DNA from: an uncultured Planctomycetota bacterium
GTDB lineage: Bacteria; Planctomycetota; Planctomycetia; Isosphaerales; Isosphaeraceae
Length of the DNA: 64,000 bases
NCBI GenBank assembly: GCA_963823665.1
Contig: CAWGMQ010000006.1
Coordinates: 1,344,001-1,408,000, forward strand
Direction of reading: 5' to 3'
In this document: piece after piece, positions 59,693 to 64,000 of the stretch
Layout: every line of letters starts with the position of its first letter
How positions within the stretch are numbered: the first letter of the stretch is position 1
Made by a program: the position numbers and the translations under genes
Notes under the pieces: generated by a model
Told to the model about the DNA's origin: nothing
The model's database searches: none
The model's input: only the letters and a program-made list of their open reading frames with translations

Positions 59693-61047
59693 CTACGTCA
59701 GGATGTACGTCCCATCGACGTTCGCTGTGCTGCCGTTGGTACCGGACGAATCCGTGTTGTTGATCGCGTTGGCGAAGGTGTCGGGATCCAGGTACACGAT
59801 GGCACCCGAAACAGTGTAGACGCCGGTATCGGATGCGTTAGGCACAGTCACTGTGCCGATATACAGACCGCCGCCATACGTAGCCGTATTGGATTGCACC
59901 GTGCAGTTGGTGAGGGTCACTGTGCCGGCCGCGACGCACAGGCCGCCGCCGTACGTAGCGGTATTGGATTCGACCGTATCGTTGGTAAGAGCGACCGTGC
60001 CGCCGGCAGCGAACAAAGCGCCGCCGTAACCGGTAATAGCACCCGCAAAACTCGATGTTGTATTGGAATTCAGAGTGCAATTGGCAACTGTCACTATGCC
60101 GCCAGCGACGAACACGCCGGCTCCGAAGGATACGCCGCTGAACGAAGTAATAGCCTGATTACCATTGATGCTGGTCGTGGTCATAACGACCTGTCCGCCG
60201 GCGACGTAAAGGGCGCCCCCGAAGCCGGGGCCGCCAGCGCCGTCATAGTTGAATCCGCCCTCAGCGTAATTCCCTGTGAACGAGGTGTCGCTGATGTTCG
60301 CAGTGCCACCGGCGATATACACCGCCCCGCCGTAAGCATTGCCAGGCGGTGATCCGGTGTCATAAGGATTGTGGATAGGCGGTATGGTGCCAGCCGGCGC
60401 ATCGCCGGTTCCACCAATGGTGTGGTTGCTCGAAAAGAGCGTGCCGTTTTCCAAGATCAGCGACCCGCTGGACCAGATGCCACCGCCCATGGCCGGTACG
60501 TCAGCACCGACGAGAGGTTTGTTCAGCGAGTTCTCATATAGGGTCGCGCCGCTCAGTGTCAGGGCGCCTTGGTTGTAGATTGCCCCACCCCCCCACTGGG
60601 AGGAATCCACCAGTGAACCCCCTTCCAGCGTCAGGTTCTGCAGCGCGAGCGAGGCACCCGCACTCACATCGAAGAAGCGGATGCTCGCATGACGGGGGGC
60701 CGGCTGGAGGGTGTCACCGTTGCCGACAATGGTCAGGTTGTCGTTGGCGGCGATGACCGGCAGGAAGTTCTCGCCGTTGGTGCCATTGTTGGCCGCCGTG
60801 AACAGATACGGTGATGTGGTCGGGGCTGTCAGGGTGATCGTGTTCGCCCCGCCGGCCGCGTTGGCGGACCCGATGTCGGCGATCAGGGCCGAAACGGTGG
60901 GCGCAGTGTAGCTCGCGAGCAGCGCCCGGCCTTCGAGATGGTCGAGGAGCAAGTGTGCCTTTTTGCGGCGCGACGCCGAGTTGCGAGGTTGGCCGCGCAG
61001 GGTGTAGCCGCGCAAAAAGTCCAGGGAGGCCAGGAGGAAATCGACAT
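59693..61047 (-). CDS. Secreted polymorphic-membrane-protein-like beta-helix protein (frameshift in leader)
   Basis: AAAGGAG RBS before ATG 61047; LLLDHLEGRALLAS; GGAIYN/GGALY...G.V.LTN repeats. Confidence 0.8.
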
Positions 61048-61095
61048 GTCGAGCTCCTTTTGTATGCGGTCCGCGATGGAACGACTGAGCAAGTA

Positions 61096-61167
61096 CCCCC
61101 GGCGCGCAGACCGAGCGCCAGGGCTTTGCCGATACGGTCAGACTCCTGCTTGTCGGTGAGACTCACC
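61096..61167 (-). promoter_or_regulatory. Conserved upstream motif, copy 2
   Basis: Matches 59568-59654; includes the palindrome GGTGAG-A-CTCACC. Confidence 0.6.
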
Positions 61168-61207
61168 GGCTGGTTTTGGTTGCCTTGTTCAGTTCGTCGT
61201 CAGAATG

Positions 61208-64000
61208 TTATCCCTTGGCGTCTCCTGCCTTTTTCCGCACTGTCGCCACATCGGCCCACAGTTTCCGCCACGACTCCTGCTGACCGGCCGACAGCTTCTT
61301 GAGCGCGGCCGCTTCACGCACACAGGCCAAGTTGACTTCGCGCTGCCAGTGCAGGAGCGTGGCCCGCACAGCCTGGCGATCCTCCAACGTGCCGCTTTCC
61401 ACTCGCTTCTTCCACTGCTCCAGGTCGGCCCGCAGCCAGGCGAGCGCCTGCTCGCGCAGCCGGCGTTGCTCCTGGTCGTCGAGCTTGTCGGCGTCGATCG
61501 CGGGACCCGACGAGGCGATCGTGGCGCACCAGGCGGCGTTAAAACGATGACCGGCTTTCAGCTCCTCAGCCAGTTTCGGGTCGGCGGTGAAGGCGTCGGC
61601 ATACAGCCGGGCGGCGGCGACGTACCGGCGCGTCAGCCGGCATACTTCCGCGAGGCCGAGCCGCTCGCCGTTGTCGGTGGCCGTGGCTTTCCCTGCGAGC
61701 ACGTCGGCGAGCTTTGCCTCCAACCGCGCCAGCCGTTCGGGGTTTGCGACCCGTTGGGCCGACACGAACTTCGGGTCAAGTTCGATGGCCTTCCTGTATT
61801 CGCCGATGGCCTCGTCCAACTGGTTCTTGGCCAGCAGTGCGTGGCCGAGGTAGAAGTGGTACGGTGCGAGCTTGGGGTCGAGCTCGATGGCCCTCCTGAA
61901 TTCGCCGATGGCCTCGTCCAAGTGGTACTTGGACCACAGTACGTGGCCGAGGAAGTAGTGTGCCATTCCGAGCTTGGGTTCGAGCTCGACGGCCTTCTTG
62001 AATTCGCCGATGGCCTCGTCCCAGTGGTTCTTGGACCACAGTGCCTCGCCGAGGTGAAAGTGGGCACATGCTTCCATGGGATCGAGTTCGATGGCCTTGC
62101 GGTGTAGGGCGATGGCCTCGTCCAACTGGTTCTTGGCGTGCATGCAAATGCCGAGCAACATGTAGAAAATTCCCTGCTTGGGGTCGAGCTCGATGGACTT
62201 CTTGCATTCACGGATGGCCTCTTCCAACTGGCCCTTGCCCAACAGCGAGTGGCCGAGGTTGTGGTGGGCATGTGCGAACTTGGGGTCGACTTCGATGGCC
62301 TTCCTGTATTCGGCGATGGCCTCGTCCAACTGGCCCTTGACTTGCAATTCATAGCCGAGGTTATTGTGGGCAGTTACGAACTTGGGGTCGACTTCGATGG
62401 CCTTCCTGTATTCGGCGATGGCCTCGTCCGGCTGTTTCTTGGCCACCAGCGCGTGGCCGAGGCTGTCGTGGGCGGTCGCGAGCTTGGGATCGAGCTCGAT
62501 GGCCTTCTTGTATTCGGCGATAGCCTCGTCCAACTGGCCCTTGGCTCGCAGTGCGAGGCCGAGGCTGACGTAGGCAGCGCCGGTAGCCGGACGTAGCGCC
62601 AAGGCTGTTCGACAACAGCCGATTGCTTCTTCCACGATCACCGGGGATCGATCCTTGCCATCATAGAGGACACGTCCCAGAAGAAAATGGATCCAAAAAT
62701 CCGTCACGTGACGGCCGCGCGCCCAGCGCAGCAAAGCCAAGGCTTCGTCTACGTCGCCTTGGAGAAAAAGATGCGAGGACAGCAGCACGAGACTGGAAGG
62801 TGGCAGGGACAGCCGCCGTGCTTGGCCGCTCAAGGCCCGTAGTGCCGCGGCGTCCCTGGCGAGGGCCGCGACCCGAAACTGCTGCCGCCACGGATCGTCA
62901 TCCGCCGCCGTCGCGATCGCCTCCACCATCTTCGCCAGCTCCAATTCCTGCACCATCAGGGCACTGGCGTGCCAATTGTCAAGTGCCACGATCAGGGCCT
63001 CGCGGATGGCGGGTTGTTCCGCGCGGATGCGCCGCGCCAGCTCTTCGGTTCGTCCCGGCGTCATCTCCAAACCGTAGGCAGCGCACGCCGCGGCATACTT
63101 CGTGACCGCGCCGGCATCGTCGAAATGGGTTTCGATCCAGCTCGTCGATCGCGACATGCGAGCGTCATCCAGCCAGCTCGATCGCGTCATGCGAGCGTCA
63201 TCCAGGTCGCGCAGCAGCTTTGCCGTCCGCTGGGCTTGCGACCGTTGCTGTCCGGTCTGTCGCCGTTCGTCCTGCACACGCTCTTGTAGATGGGCGTCGG
63301 CCGTTCCGGTCCTCAAGGCGGTCTCCGCCTGGTCCAGCGTCGCTTCGGCTTGGCGCCAAAGCGCCAGGGCAGCGTCCGCCTCCTGGCTCGTCGCGCTCGG
63401 CGCCTCGGCAGCCTGCTTTTTCAACTGCTCCGTCTTGATCAGTACCGCGTTCACGGTTTGTTCCGTCTCGGCCCTGCGACCGGACAGCTCGCTGCGACGC
63501 GCCGCCTGGTCCAGGAGCGCCCAGGTCGCAACGGTGCCGGCCAGCAGCAACACCAGGGCCGCCGCGGCCGTGACCCGCAGCCCCGCCTTGTGCCGGCGCG
63601 TGAACTTGCCGAAGCGATACCAGGCCGACGGCCGGCAGGCCGCAACTGGCTCGTCGTTCAAGTAGCGATCGACGTCCCGAGCCAGCTCGTTGGCCGTCTG
63701 GTAGCGGCGCGTGCGATCCTTCTCGAGCGCCTTCATGACGATCCAGTCCAGCTCGCCACGCAACAGCCGGCAGAGCCGTTTGGGATCGCTCTGCCGCTCG
63801 GCCGAGACCGTCACCGCTGAGGGGCCCAGCGTGCTCAGACGGGTGCTCGGACTGGGCGGATCCTCTTCCCGGATGATACGCCGCATCTCGTCGTAGCCCG
63901 CCGTGCGCAGCCGCTCCTTGTCAAACGGCGTAACGCCCGCCAGCAGCTCGTACAGCAGCACGCCGAGCGAGTAGATGTCGCTGCGCGTGTCGATGTCCAG
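61208..64000 (-). CDS. Ser/Thr protein kinase with TM and TPR array (5' end outside window)
   Basis: IDTRSDIYSLGVLLYELL, ELDWIVMKALEKDR.RRY, about 8 repeats of DEAIAEYRKAIELDP. Confidence 0.93.
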   Translation of the reverse strand: MDIDTRSDIYSLGVLLYELLAGVTPFDKERLRTAGYDEMRRIIREEDPPSPSTRLSTLGPSAVTVSAERQSDPKRLCRLLRGELDWIVMKALEKDRTRRYQTANELARDVDRYLNDEPVAACRPSAWYRFGKFTRRHKAGLRVTAAAALVLLLAGTVATWALLDQAARRSELSGRRAETEQTVNAVLIKTEQLKKQAAEAPSATSQEADAALALWRQAEATLDQAETALRTGTADAHLQERVQDERRQTGQQRSQAQRTAKLLRDLDDARMTRSSWLDDARMSRSTSWIETHFDDAGAVTKYAAACAAYGLEMTPGRTEELARRIRAEQPAIREALIVALDNWHASALMVQELELAKMVEAIATAADDDPWRQQFRVAALARDAAALRALSGQARRLSLPPSSLVLLSSHLFLQGDVDEALALLRWARGRHVTDFWIHFLLGRVLYDGKDRSPVIVEEAIGCCRTALALRPATGAAYVSLGLALRAKGQLDEAIAEYKKAIELDPKLATAHDSLGHALVAKKQPDEAIAEYRKAIEVDPKFVTAHNNLGYELQVKGQLDEAIAEYRKAIEVDPKFAHAHHNLGHSLLGKGQLEEAIRECKKSIELDPKQGIFYMLLGICMHAKNQLDEAIALHRKAIELDPMEACAHFHLGEALWSKNHWDEAIGEFKKAVELEPKLGMAHYFLGHVLWSKYHLDEAIGEFRRAIELDPKLAPYHFYLGHALLAKNQLDEAIGEYRKAIELDPKFVSAQRVANPERLARLEAKLADVLAGKATATDNGERLGLAEVCRLTRRYVAAARLYADAFTADPKLAEELKAGHRFNAAWCATIASSGPAIDADKLDDQEQRRLREQALAWLRADLEQWKKRVESGTLEDRQAVRATLLHWQREVNLACVREAAALKKLSAGQQESWRKLWADVATVRKKAGDAKG

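Noticed and set aside
1..64000. tRNA, rRNA, integrase or cas genes
   Set aside because: None recognised by eye.

Overview
GC-rich bacterial DNA, most likely a planctomycete of the Isosphaeraceae/Gemmataceae type. The basis is six proteins with the LExRxLL export-type leader, an ECF/Ser-Thr-kinase/TPR repertoire and a HEAT-repeat protein. 1-25 kb is mostly core genome: purA-uppS-cdsA, an NspC-like/DUF3326 operon, phoH-7TM-HD-ybeY, a 2095-aa Gly-rich secreted protein and recO-bamD-lptE-folP-proA. 25-64 kb is accessory. It holds a tandemly duplicated ECF sigma + anti-sigma-VWA module, a decayed replicon (P-loop helicase with iteron-like repeats), an IS481 left end and a TPR-CHAT protease. It also holds a graveyard of integron-type cassettes with one intact attC site, a compact aminopropyltransferase / FemAB / AdoMet-decarboxylase operon, five clustered secreted proteins and a partial kinase-TPR gene. 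Single-base frameshifts occur even in essential genes (uppS, proA), so many broken frames are probably assembly errors. The best candidate for an undescribed system is the 45.6-48.6 kb operon. Its SpeE-like enzyme carries a C-terminal signal-peptide-like segment and a Tyr-rich tail, and it is co-oriented with a FemAB-type aminoacyl transferase and SpeD. All family calls are from motif recognition by eye; no searches were run.
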